Positions 8,361 through 17,661 of a DNA stretch of 52,162 nucleotides are shown here, piece after piece. The translations under genes were made by a program, and so were the position numbers. Source of the DNA: a virus (taxonomy: Duplodnaviria > Caudoviricetes); IMG/VR virus record IMGVR_UViG_3300022227_000004, positions 1-52,162 of that record. One strand, 5' to 3'. Under the pieces are notes generated by a model that saw only the letters and a program-made list of their open reading frames with translations, was not told the origin of the DNA and searched no databases. The first letter of the stretch is position 1; the number at the start of each line of letters is the position of its first letter.

Positions 8361-11300
8361 ATGAATAGACAAGAACTATATGATAAAATAGATGCTTGCA
8401 ATTCGTGCGAGTTGCACAAACTAACTGCAAATGAGAAGAGATTGAAACCGTGGGGCTATGAAAAATCAATGTTTATGATGATTGGACAATGCCCCTCTTC
8501 TGTCATTGATGAAGATTCAAGTGAATTCTTCTTCCATTATTCTAACACCAATCCAACATTCACTAAGAACTATAACTTGCTTGAATCGATGTTCAAGAAA
8601 GTAGGACTAGACTTTCATACGATGTGGAAGACTAACTTGCAGAAGTGTCGACCAGAAAACAATGATGATAAGAACTATCTAGAAATGGAAACTTGTCGAG
8701 ACCAGATTCTAAGGGATGAGATTGAATTTGTTGGATCGAAAGTTATATTTTTATTGGGAGGTGCTGTTCAAAAGCAAATGGGATTGGATGACAGAGCCAG
8801 AGGAAAAATGACATACTCTGAAGAATTCAAGTGTTACTTCATCCCAATTTATCATGTGTCGTATTGCACTCGAGGAGGAATAACTGAAGAGGAATACATT
8901 AATCAATTAGATCATCTCAAAACAGATCTAAAGGAAGTTAGAGACTTAACTTTTGTTAACTTGCACCATCACAATCAGTTTTCAGTTCGGGATGGATATG
9001 GAACTGAAACTCAAATTACAAAGAGGCTGCAAGAACTTAGAAGCCCTGGATTTGCTCTAACCAACCACGGCAATATCAATGGTCATTACAGACAGTACAA
9101 GGAATCAAATGCAGTTGGGTTGAAGCCAGTCTTTGGGACTGAGTTTTACTACAACAAGAATCGAAATGAAATTATGGAGATTCTGCAAAATGAAGATAAG
9201 AAAGACAAGGAGCAAAATGCTAGACGTGTGGAACTTGGCAAAGAAACTTATCATATAACAGTTTTGGCTAAGAATGAAGAGGGGTATAAGAATCTAATAC
9301 GAATCAATAACAAAGCCGTTATGGAATCATTTTACAGATTTCCATTGATTGATTTTGAATTACTAGAATCAGCAAGGGGAAGCATCTATGTTTTCAGTGG
9401 ATGTGCTGGAGCATATATTCCTCAATATTTGATTGGGCTTGATGATACTCCAGCTTATGAAGAAGCCGAATTATTTCAAGCTACTTTTGGTGAGGATTTC
9501 TATATCGAACTTATGAGTTCTCAATATGAAAAGCAAAAAGAAATCAATGCTAAATTGTTGGGAATGTCAGATGAAATGGGCATAGAATATGTTGTAACAA
9601 ATGACGCGCATTATATCTATCCTGAGGATGCAAAAATTCATGAAATGCTGTTGTTGTCAAGAAACAATGCAACATATGAAGATCTAAATGATGAAAGCAA
9701 GAATGTCTGGGTATTTACTGACCAAGATTATTTCATTAAATCTGCTCAAGACATTAGAGAAAATATTGATGTAATTCCCGAAAACAGAATTGACAAAGCA
9801 ATCGAGAATGTGAATGATCTATTTGCAACAATAAAATACTTCGAAATAGATGATTCAATAAAAATGCCAAAAGTTTCCGATGACTCAGTTAAAGAGCTAA
9901 AGAGCTTGATGATCAAAGGATTAGAAAAGAGAGGCATCAAACCTGATGATGCAATATTCAGAAGAATGAAGGAAGAATTGAATGTAATTATTGACACAGG
10001 ATATATTGACTACTTTCTAATTCTTGCTGATGTTGTTAGATATGCTAAAGATAAATATGGTAGATATTGTATTGGCCCTGGAAGAGGATCGGCTGTATCT
10101 TCATTGATAAACTATCTATTGGAAATTACAGATGTGAATCCTCTCAAATATGATTTCATGATGTTCTCAAGATTTCTAGATAGAGCAAGAAAAGATGATC
10201 CAGATATTGATACTGATTTTGATCCAAGAATTAGGGATGACATCTTAAACTATGTAACAGAAAAATATGGTGCTGATCAAGTTATGTCTATTGGAAACTA
10301 TGGAACCAACAAAGCAAAGAGTTCTATAGCTGATGTATTCCGAGCTTATAATGTAGACTATCGAGACGTATTGAATGCTACAAAAAGTTTAGACGGAGAC
10401 AAAGATGTTGAGAATAAAACTCTAAGTGATATTAGAGACAGACACCCAAAGATTGATGCTCTAATAAAGCTACATCCAGATTCTCACTATATTATTGAGG
10501 GCATTCGAGATCAAATTAGAAGTATCGGGACTCATGCAGCTGGAATAGTACTTTCCGGTATTAACTTGATTGAGAATGTTCCTCTTTCTAGAACATCATC
10601 TAAGAAGTTTGTTACTGCAAATACTGAGGGTGGAGATTATCATGAGTTATCTGAAATGGGATTTGTTAAGTATGATTTCTTGAGCTTATCTTGCATAGCT
10701 CTTATCAATGAAACCAACAAGCTTATTGAAGCTAAAACTGGAAGTGAAATTGATTGGGATAAAATGGAAGATCATGAAGATGATCATACTGAAATCTATG
10801 CTCTAACTCATAAGGGTGATTCGTATGGAATATTCCAGTACTCATCTTCATTAGCTGTTGACTTCCTAAAGAAAATGCAGCCAACTACATTTAATGAGTT
10901 CATAGCCGCATCAGGATTATTGAGGCCAGGACCATTAGATCAGAATATGCATACTGAATACTCAGATAGATTGAACAAGAAAAAGAGATACAAGATTCAT
11001 CCAGCATTACAAGATATACTAGGACCAACATTCGGTGTAATTGTATATCAGGAACAGATTATGAGAATCTGTGCTGAGTTGGCTGGCTTTACAGCTGAAG
11101 AAAATAATGTGTTTAGAAAAGCTCTAGTTAAGTATGAGAAATCTGAAGCACATGAAAAAGTTAGAAGAGCTAAAGTCAAATCATTCTCAGATAAACTGAT
11201 TGCAGGTTTAGAAGATCATATGAGTTTGAAAGAAGCACATGAACTATGGGGATTGATCGAATCATTCGCTAGGTATGGATTCAACTATTCACATTGTCAC

Positions 11301-12212
11301 TCGTATGGAGTTCTATCTTGGAGACAGCTATACCAAAAATATTTCTATCCAGTTGAGTTCTATTGTGCAATGTTGAATGTTGAAATGATAGATCACATTC
11401 CAATGATCATCAGAAATATGATTCTATTCCCAGCAAGGGAATTCAAAAATGGTGAAGTTAAGTCTGAATTTAGCATCAAACTCAACAAGCCTGATTTGAG
11501 AAAAATGAATTATGATTTTCAAATTTGTGATGATGGAAAAAGTATAGATTATGGAATTGGTAAGATCAAATTTCTATCGCGAGATTCATTTGATGTTCTT
11601 GAAAACAACTTGACTTCAAAAGATATGGCTGATTTTGAAACATTGATAAAAGTAAAATATGATAAGCCAGGAAGAACTGGGAATATCAATAGATCATTAG
11701 TGTTGGGTAAGAAAGTATTTCAATCATTAGTATATTCGGGAGCATTAGACTATCTTAATATCGAACGAAATGAAATGATTGACTTCTATAATGAAACTCA
11801 TAAGTCTACAGTCAAAAGAATAACTGGTAAGAAGGGCGTTGAGGAAACTGAAAATGATTATTGCGGAGTTTCATTTGACAAGCTTCAACGGCTTCCAAAA
11901 ATTAGAGAAGCGGTAGAAGAAATATTGACTGATGATTTGAGATCATTTTATGAAACTGGATCACCAAGAACTATGGACGCTATAGCTGATTATGTAGAAG
12001 TTATAGAAAAAAAAGATAGGGTTAGCAAGAACAATAGAAAATATTCACTCTACAAAGTTGCTAATTTGTATGATATATTCTATCCCATCATGTCTTGGTC
12101 AAGCGAGCTAAATTCATCGATTAAGAAAGGTGATGAGTTTGTAGGGCTGTTTAAAAAGAGCAATGAATTTGTTAATATACTAAAAGTATTGCAGACAGTG
12201 GAGGAAGAATGA
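8361..12212 (+). CDS. dnaE: DNA polymerase III alpha subunit with N-terminal uracil-DNA-glycosylase-like domain
   Basis: UDG family 4-like CNSC, GQCP, TNLQKCRP, YHVSY; PHP LHHHNQFSVRDG, TNHG, TNDAHY; polymerase GPGRGSA, PDIDTDF, KYDFL, YGFNYSH. Confidence 0.92.
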   Translation: MNRQELYDKIDACNSCELHKLTANEKRLKPWGYEKSMFMMIGQCPSSVIDEDSSEFFFHYSNTNPTFTKNYNLLESMFKKVGLDFHTMWKTNLQKCRPENNDDKNYLEMETCRDQILRDEIEFVGSKVIFLLGGAVQKQMGLDDRARGKMTYSEEFKCYFIPIYHVSYCTRGGITEEEYINQLDHLKTDLKEVRDLTFVNLHHHNQFSVRDGYGTETQITKRLQELRSPGFALTNHGNINGHYRQYKESNAVGLKPVFGTEFYYNKNRNEIMEILQNEDKKDKEQNARRVELGKETYHITVLAKNEEGYKNLIRINNKAVMESFYRFPLIDFELLESARGSIYVFSGCAGAYIPQYLIGLDDTPAYEEAELFQATFGEDFYIELMSSQYEKQKEINAKLLGMSDEMGIEYVVTNDAHYIYPEDAKIHEMLLLSRNNATYEDLNDESKNVWVFTDQDYFIKSAQDIRENIDVIPENRIDKAIENVNDLFATIKYFEIDDSIKMPKVSDDSVKELKSLMIKGLEKRGIKPDDAIFRRMKEELNVIIDTGYIDYFLILADVVRYAKDKYGRYCIGPGRGSAVSSLINYLLEITDVNPLKYDFMMFSRFLDRARKDDPDIDTDFDPRIRDDILNYVTEKYGADQVMSIGNYGTNKAKSSIADVFRAYNVDYRDVLNATKSLDGDKDVENKTLSDIRDRHPKIDALIKLHPDSHYIIEGIRDQIRSIGTHAAGIVLSGINLIENVPLSRTSSKKFVTANTEGGDYHELSEMGFVKYDFLSLSCIALINETNKLIEAKTGSEIDWDKMEDHEDDHTEIYALTHKGDSYGIFQYSSSLAVDFLKKMQPTTFNEFIAASGLLRPGPLDQNMHTEYSDRLNKKKRYKIHPALQDILGPTFGVIVYQEQIMRICAELAGFTAEENNVFRKALVKYEKSEAHEKVRRAKVKSFSDKLIAGLEDHMSLKEAHELWGLIESFARYGFNYSHCHSYGVLSWRQLYQKYFYPVEFYCAMLNVEMIDHIPMIIRNMILFPAREFKNGEVKSEFSIKLNKPDLRKMNYDFQICDDGKSIDYGIGKIKFLSRDSFDVLENNLTSKDMADFETLIKVKYDKPGRTGNINRSLVLGKKVFQSLVYSGALDYLNIERNEMIDFYNETHKSTVKRITGKKGVEETENDYCGVSFDKLQRLPKIREAVEEILTDDLRSFYETGSPRTMDAIADYVEVIEKKDRVSKNNRKYSLYKVANLYDIFYPIMSWSSELNSSIKKGDEFVGLFKKSNEFVNILKVLQTVEEE

Positions 12213-12991
12213 ATAAGTATAAAGATATAGAAGACATTAGGAAGACAGCCGGAACACTTCCTTCTGAAAAACCCATTAGGAAAACTAATTTCAAAGTTTT
12301 TCCTTCGGGTTGTGAAGTTGCAATAATAGATCAGAATTTGAATCCTTTGAGAGCAATGTTTTGTACTAGCACTGCTACTTGGGGAGATAACGATTATGAA
12401 GATAAATGGCCACGGACTACTGTAGAAGGAAAGTTCGAAGTTATCAAGGCAGTGTTGACACACAACACACTTCCTCAAGCCAGAGAAATGATAAACTTTA
12501 TTTTCAGAGTCAATGGAGTTCCAAGATGGTTGTTTGATCAGCATACTCAAACACCGTTTACTTCATTCATGAGTATTGGATGTAGAGACAACAATAAAAT
12601 AGATTGTGATTTCATTACTACTGAAAATGATGGAGTATTCACGGAAGAAGAGATGAGAGCTCTAGAAGGAATGAAAGATTTGTATGCAAACGTATTAACA
12701 ATAGGCGAGGGAAGTTGGCAATCAGCCAGAACATTCTTGCCTCAAGGTTATCAGCATGCTTATCATTTTGGACAAAATCTATTATCGATATCTTCAATGA
12801 AATTTCTGAATGAGCAAATGTCTGATCTATATAGAATGATAGTGAGTCAAATTGGAATTGATTCTCCTTTGTTGCAACAATATTTACAAATTTTATGGAA
12901 AGATAATGATGAGGTTTTTGATAAAATATCTAATATGAAATATGAAGATCTCTCAATATGGGACAAATTGAGATTGGAGGACAAAAGCTAA
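12209..12991 (+). CDS. ThyX-like (flavin-dependent thymidylate synthase fold) protein, divergent copy 1
   Basis: FIFRVNGVPRWLFDQH...SF...RD and SARTFLP align with ThyX FTFxIxGVSR..Q..RHR and ARxxLP; RHR signature absent. Confidence 0.6.
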   Translation: MNKYKDIEDIRKTAGTLPSEKPIRKTNFKVFPSGCEVAIIDQNLNPLRAMFCTSTATWGDNDYEDKWPRTTVEGKFEVIKAVLTHNTLPQAREMINFIFRVNGVPRWLFDQHTQTPFTSFMSIGCRDNNKIDCDFITTENDGVFTEEEMRALEGMKDLYANVLTIGEGSWQSARTFLPQGYQHAYHFGQNLLSISSMKFLNEQMSDLYRMIVSQIGIDSPLLQQYLQILWKDNDEVFDKISNMKYEDLSIWDKLRLEDKS

Positions 12992-13728
12992 TGGGAATCA
13001 TGGAACACAAGATGGTTGATAGAGGTGTAGAGATAGTAAAAGGCATAGAAGATCTTAAACTCATATTGATAGTGAATGGAGCAAAGAAGAAAGTTCCAGA
13101 TTTAATTCAATATTCAGTAATGGGATTACCGATTTGTCAATATGATCAGCATTCAAGAGCAAGAATTGGTGCTAAATTTCTGAATTATAAGGTTTCGGAA
13201 GAACCTAGATATGTTTTCTATTCTCATGTATATGATATGTTAGAGAACGATAAAGATTTCAGAACAAGAACTTTTGTAAATCTAGAAGAGCTCGAAAAGA
13301 GAAGAGAAGAAGCTAGCAACAAAGCTACGTTTAATTTAATGTCTAGAAGATGTTCATATGCCGTTGAACAAACCTGGCCTTCACTATTTGGTCAAATGAT
13401 GAGAAGGCTAAAGTTTTGTGAAGAAGAGTTTATTGTAGGTTTACACTGGAGACTTAGAGATGAATTAGTCGAAGGAGGAGTTATTTCAGCAAAAGAGCTT
13501 GTTCCAGGATGTGATAAAATTAAGAAATGTGATTATTCATCAGCTGATTACCTAAGCAATATGTTTGGATGCTTGTTTGCATCATGCGGAAGATGGAAGA
13601 GCGAAACAGATTTTGCAACATTCAATGAATCTTGTTCTACACCAGAACAAATTTCAGAACAGCTTGGCATAATAATTCCAATGAGTGACTACGAACACAA
13701 AATGGTGATACAGGAAGCTGATGTCTAG
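12991..13728 (+). CDS. ThyX-like protein, divergent copy 2
   Basis: YSVMGLPICQYDQHSRARIG, RRLKFCEEE and PGC...C resemble ThyX core and C-terminus; GGAGG supports the ATG at 12991. Confidence 0.5.
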   Translation: MGIMEHKMVDRGVEIVKGIEDLKLILIVNGAKKKVPDLIQYSVMGLPICQYDQHSRARIGAKFLNYKVSEEPRYVFYSHVYDMLENDKDFRTRTFVNLEELEKRREEASNKATFNLMSRRCSYAVEQTWPSLFGQMMRRLKFCEEEFIVGLHWRLRDELVEGGVISAKELVPGCDKIKKCDYSSADYLSNMFGCLFASCGRWKSETDFATFNESCSTPEQISEQLGIIIPMSDYEHKMVIQEADV

Positions 13729-13882
13729 GTTTGTTAAATATTTCATAATTGATTCTGGAATATTTGTAATCGAGCTCTATACATTTTCAATAATACTCAC
13801 GATGATTACAGCAGGAGTTGCTAGCATATGTTTGACAATAATAGGGGAAAATCCATTCCTAGTGGAGAAGGTAGATGAGTGA
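13721..13882 (+). CDS. small putative membrane protein (53 aa)
   Basis: manually translated MSRFVKYFIIDSGIFVIELYTFSIILTMITAGVASICLTIIG...; fills the gap between operon genes. Confidence 0.45.
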   Translation: MSRFVKYFIIDSGIFVIELYTFSIILTMITAGVASICLTIIGENPFLVEKVDE

Positions 13883-14153
13883 AGAACCTGATATTTATGA
13901 AAAATTTCGAAATAGATATTCAGAATATCTATACAGAATTTGGCACACCGCCGATGCATCAAGAATTACAGAATTAGAAAATACAATAGCAGCAGCTGAA
14001 GCAGGATTGTTAGAAATTTTACAAACCAGTAAAGATCAATATACAAAATTAGTAGTTAAATCGACAATTGAAAGAATGAAGGCAGGCAAAGGAATGTCAG
14101 CATTCTTAAGAGATAATTATGAATCAATTGTTAAAGCTATGGAAAGGCTATGA
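13875..14153 (+). CDS. hypothetical protein
   Basis: 92-aa ORF with GGAG RBS. Confidence 0.55.
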   Translation: MSEEPDIYEKFRNRYSEYLYRIWHTADASRITELENTIAAAEAGLLEILQTSKDQYTKLVVKSTIERMKAGKGMSAFLRDNYESIVKAMERL

Positions 14154-14207
14154 TATGTTAGTACTAACAATACTCTGGGCTGTTCTAGGTTTAGGTAATC
14201 TGATAAC

Positions 14208-14531
14208 ATGACAAGCCCAATTGACCTCACAGATGAGAATTTCCAAACCGAAGTCGTTGATTCAAGTTTACCCGTTCTCGTAGATTTCTGGGCTACGTGG
14301 TGCGGTCCGTGCAAAATGGTTGCCCCCATTGTGGATGAATTGGCGAACGAATATGACGGGAAAATAAAATTCGGAAAGGTTGATGTAGATACTGCACAGA
14401 AAACAGCTGGAGAATTTGGAATTCGAAGTATTCCAACCTTGTTGATTTTCAAGGATGGTAAGGTTGCTGACCAGGTTGTCGGATCCGCAAACAAAAAGGA
14501 TTTGGAAGAGAAGCTCGCTTCTTTCCTTTAA
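14208..14531 (+). CDS. trxA: thioredoxin
   Basis: VLVDFWATWCGPCK active site, SIPTL cis-Pro loop. Confidence 0.97.
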   Translation: MTSPIDLTDENFQTEVVDSSLPVLVDFWATWCGPCKMVAPIVDELANEYDGKIKFGKVDVDTAQKTAGEFGIRSIPTLLIFKDGKVADQVVGSANKKDLEEKLASFL

Positions 14532-14591
14532 GAATCATTGGATGGCACAAAAAAGCAGGGAGTTGGAGCAATTTAAAAGGAGAAAGAAAAT

Positions 14592-14831
14592 GTGGAGACG
14601 GAAATGACCAAAACCGAAGTATTAAATTCTACTCGCAGGCCGAACGGCAAATTGCAATCAAGCATTCTGCGAAAGTTGAAGAAAACCAAATTCGGCCGTT
14701 GCAATTACTGCGCCACTCCTTACAAAGAATGCAGTCGGTCTATATCAGGATTTTCAATGGTTTTTGTCTATTGTTCTGGATGCTCGCATCATCCCAAGCC
14801 AAGAAAAACAGGAGAATTTAAATGGTATTAG
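14592..14831 (+). CDS. small Cys-rich (CxxC x2) hypothetical protein
   Basis: CNYC...CSGC; AAGGAG RBS. Confidence 0.5.
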   Translation: METEMTKTEVLNSTRRPNGKLQSSILRKLKKTKFGRCNYCATPYKECSRSISGFSMVFVYCSGCSHHPKPRKTGEFKWY

Positions 14832-15205
14832 ATCCTTTTGCGAGAATGTATGAGTTACAAAAAATGACTCAAGAATTCTTCAGAGATAACGGAGCAGCTG
14901 ATAGTGCTGCATTACCAAATAATCCTGATGTTGTAGCAGTTTTCAAAGAAAATGTATTGCTCATGATCAAGGAAGTGGCTGAGGTTCTTGATGAGGTGGA
15001 TTTTAAGAAACACAGAAAAGATGATAATAGTAAAGCAATCAACAAATATAGAATAAGAGAAGAGCTAATAGATGTAATGAAATATTGGTTCAATCTCTGT
15101 ATATTGCTAGACATAAAACCCGATGAATTATTCATAACTTTTGAATATAAAACTGATAAAGTAATTGAGAGGTATGAGAGAGAATTTTTAGATGCTAAAG
15201 TTTGA
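14822..15205 (+). CDS. all-alpha dNTP pyrophosphatase (dimeric dUTPase/dCTPase, MazG-like)
   Basis: KEVAEVLDEVDFKKH...EELIDVMKY; paralogous to the N-domain of 4931..5917. Confidence 0.8.
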   Translation: MVLDPFARMYELQKMTQEFFRDNGAADSAALPNNPDVVAVFKENVLLMIKEVAEVLDEVDFKKHRKDDNSKAINKYRIREELIDVMKYWFNLCILLDIKPDELFITFEYKTDKVIERYEREFLDAKV

Positions 15206-15734
15206 TGACACAAAATTAGATCGTAAAGAAATAATTGGTGAGAAAAAAGGTGTACTTACTGCTCAGATTGTTTATAACACATTGATTAAAAACAACTACC
15301 GATTATGGTTTATAGGAAATGAGGATGGCACGAGTCTTCATTATTCTAAAATAGGTGAAGGTGATTATGGCGGCACCATAGCTTGGACTAGTAAAGAATT
15401 GGCAGAAGTTTATGTAAATGGAATAGATGTGAAAACTAGTTTGCTTAGAGTTTATGGACATCACATATCAATAGCTAATATGTCTCTGTATTATCTGCAG
15501 AGCATTCTGAACGAACATAATGCAAAAGTATTGGGCACTTTATTAATTAATCCCAATCCGAACGGCTTTTTTACTCCTTTGTCAATGTTCTTTTTTAAAG
15601 AAACTCATGATTACTTGGATGCTGAATTGTTAGGTAAAGATAATATAGCCGAAATCGATGTAGGAATGTTTACTTACGATAAGGAAGAAAAGAAATATTT
15701 AGAAGAAGATTTTGAATCTTCTGAAATAGAATGA
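15192..15734 (+). CDS. hypothetical protein
   Basis: 180-aa ORF in operon. Confidence 0.6.
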   Translation: MLKFDDTKLDRKEIIGEKKGVLTAQIVYNTLIKNNYRLWFIGNEDGTSLHYSKIGEGDYGGTIAWTSKELAEVYVNGIDVKTSLLRVYGHHISIANMSLYYLQSILNEHNAKVLGTLLINPNPNGFFTPLSMFFFKETHDYLDAELLGKDNIAEIDVGMFTYDKEEKKYLEEDFESSEIE

Positions 15735-15742
15735 TATTTATA
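15734..15742 (+). promoter_or_regulatory. candidate phage late-promoter motif ATATTTATA
   Basis: same motif found in intergenic gaps ahead of holin, 30520 ORF, terminase and post-portal gene. Confidence 0.45.
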
Positions 15743-15756
15743 TTGAAATCAAAATA

Positions 15757-15837
15757 GGGTTAGCCATTTATATGACCAACGCTGACATGTCTCCCAAGGA
15801 ATTTTCAGCAGAATTTGGATGTGTAAGTAGCTAACCC
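15757..15837 (+). ncRNA. candidate structured small RNA (81-nt irregular hairpin)
   Basis: GGGTTAGCCATTTATAT pairs with GTGTAAGTAGCTAACCC; inner CCAA/TTGG, GCTGA/TCAGC, TCC/GGA; intergenic, just downstream of ATATTTATA. Confidence 0.5.
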
Positions 15838-15857
15838 GTTTAAATTATGAGGGTATA

Positions 15858-16247
15858 ATGGAGAAAGAAAATATATTGATCGTTGAAGAAGATGAATCAG
15901 AATTGGATCTAGAAAAGGTTTTAGAAATTACAGATGAAGCACTTGATGGCAGATTAAAAATAATATTAGAAAATTTGACAGAAGCTTCAAATTTACTCAG
16001 ACAAGGTGTGGATTCAACAAGAGAAGAAAAAGATTTATTAGAGGATGAAACATTTCAAAAATGGATAATTGCAAATCTCATCATAGAAAGATCAGAACAT
16101 GATGAGGAATTTAAGAGATTATTGTACTACATGTTTGAAGTTTGTAAAGGAAATATATATGAACTACTGCTTCAATATGATTTAAAAATATCAATGGATG
16201 ATGAAAATTATTCATTCGAACTATTGATAAACGAACCGGAAGAATAG
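15858..16247 (+). CDS. acidic hypothetical protein
   Basis: 129-aa ORF, GAGG RBS. Confidence 0.6.
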   Translation: MEKENILIVEEDESELDLEKVLEITDEALDGRLKIILENLTEASNLLRQGVDSTREEKDLLEDETFQKWIIANLIIERSEHDEEFKRLLYYMFEVCKGNIYELLLQYDLKISMDDENYSFELLINEPEE

Positions 16248-16249
16248 AA

Positions 16250-16798
16250 ATGAATAAAAAGAAAGCTAGAAATGAATTAGAAAAATTGAACTTTTTTGCC
16301 AGCAACATTGATGTTATGCTTAAAGAAGCAAGCATAGCTAGAAATGGAATTGGATCTGTAGAAATAAAGATAGACGCATTATCCGAAAACTTACTATTTA
16401 GTTCAAAATATGCTGATAGTTCTGATGATTATTTCAAGCTCATAAAGTTAAGCAATGAAGCTATTAGTAATATTTCAGATATCAAAATAGTTTTAAGCAG
16501 AATATATGAAAAAATTCTAGACAACATAATTACTGTTTCAAAGGAATCGGGATTGTCTATTGAGAAGGTTGTAGCAGAAGAAGAACCTATGAGAGGTCCT
16601 TCTAAGATTGAAGTAGCAGAAGAAGAAAAGGCAAACTTATCTAGTGAAAATCAGCAGTTGTTGAATGCTTTGTTTTACATAGATGAGAATATTCGTAGTG
16701 GAATTGATGATATAAAGGGAGAAAAAAATGGCAAAAAGGAAGACGAAGAAGAAAAAGCCTGTGATAGTAAGGATCAAAGACAAGATTCTGACGAATAA
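16250..16798 (+). CDS. hypothetical protein
   Basis: 182-aa ORF in operon. Confidence 0.6.
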   Translation: MNKKKARNELEKLNFFASNIDVMLKEASIARNGIGSVEIKIDALSENLLFSSKYADSSDDYFKLIKLSNEAISNISDIKIVLSRIYEKILDNIITVSKESGLSIEKVVAEEEPMRGPSKIEVAEEEKANLSSENQQLLNALFYIDENIRSGIDDIKGEKNGKKEDEEEKACDSKDQRQDSDE

Positions 16799-17096
16799 TT
16801 ATGGGATGGAATACAAGGTTTATGTAGATGCTCCCAAGAATTTGAAGCCAACAAAAGAAGATGTTGGAAAATTAGCCGAGGTTGCAGGGAAGCAAAGGAA
16901 AGATGGATATTTCAGAATAATGGAAGTAGATGAAGGCAATAATATTTTAGTAACTACAAGAGATAGTTCGTTCAAGACTTTCCCTTATGACAGTGTTATA
17001 CTCCACCGGGATGAAGAAGTAAGAGCACAGAAGGGAACTATAATAGAATTTATGAAATCAGGTAGAAAGAAAAGGACTCGCGGTGCAAGAAAGTAA
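16728..17096 (+). CDS. basic hypothetical protein
   Basis: GGGAG RBS; 122 aa. Confidence 0.6.
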   Translation: MAKRKTKKKKPVIVRIKDKILTNNYGMEYKVYVDAPKNLKPTKEDVGKLAEVAGKQRKDGYFRIMEVDEGNNILVTTRDSSFKTFPYDSVILHRDEEVRAQKGTIIEFMKSGRKKRTRGARK

Positions 17097-17286
17097 AATA
17101 ATTACACCAAACCAATTGAATACAACAGGAATAAAACCTTCTGAAGTTGAGCCATTAGAAGTTATGCAAGCATTGGCAAGAAGGGTTCAATTCCTTGAAA
17201 GAGAATTCTCAGCAGTTAGAACAAGATTATATAATATTGAGGTTGAATGTCAGATGTTACAGGAGAAGATAGATGCGACTGAATGA
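17083..17286 (+). CDS. small coiled-coil hypothetical protein
   Basis: 67-aa ORF with heptad pattern. Confidence 0.5.
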   Translation: MQESKIITPNQLNTTGIKPSEVEPLEVMQALARRVQFLEREFSAVRTRLYNIEVECQMLQEKIDATE

Positions 17287-17334
17287 TGTAATAATTTTGT
17301 TAGAGATTGACTTATCAATTAAATATAAAAAAAC

Positions 17335-17661
17335 ATGAAGTTAATATCCGCTAATAAGCTTGCAGAAATTATAGATAGAAATTCTGATTCTCTTGTAAAT
17401 GTTAGAAAAATTAAGAAAATTTTAAATAAAGAATCAAAGTATTGGACTGAATCTATTATCAGTATTTCTAATCTAATTGGTGTGAATGATCTAGATGTTG
17501 ATAAAAGTTATGCTGATTTTAGTAAAGGTAGTATAGTTGTCTTATCTAACGGGACTATAGTTGATGGTAGACATAGAGCATCTATGATATTACATAATAA
17601 TAAGGATAAAATTAATGCATATATACCTGTAAATGTACTTGCTAGTAGAGAAAACGAATGA
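17335..17661 (+). CDS. ParB/Srx-like nuclease-domain protein
   Basis: IVVLSNGTIVDGRHRA matches the ParBc DGxHR motif. Confidence 0.6.
   Translation: MKLISANKLAEIIDRNSDSLVNVRKIKKILNKESKYWTESIISISNLIGVNDLDVDKSYADFSKGSIVVLSNGTIVDGRHRASMILHNNKDKINAYIPVNVLASRENE

Noticed and set aside
15757-15837. Assignment of the hairpin as SRP (4.5S) RNA or rho-independent terminator
   Set aside because: Lacks the CAGG/AGCA internal loop and GNRA tetraloop of SRP helix 8; too long and irregular, with no U-tract, for a terminator
16571-16627. Repeat GTAGCAGAAGAAGAA inside ORF 16250..16798
   Set aside because: Low-complexity coding repeat (VAEEE twice), no further structure
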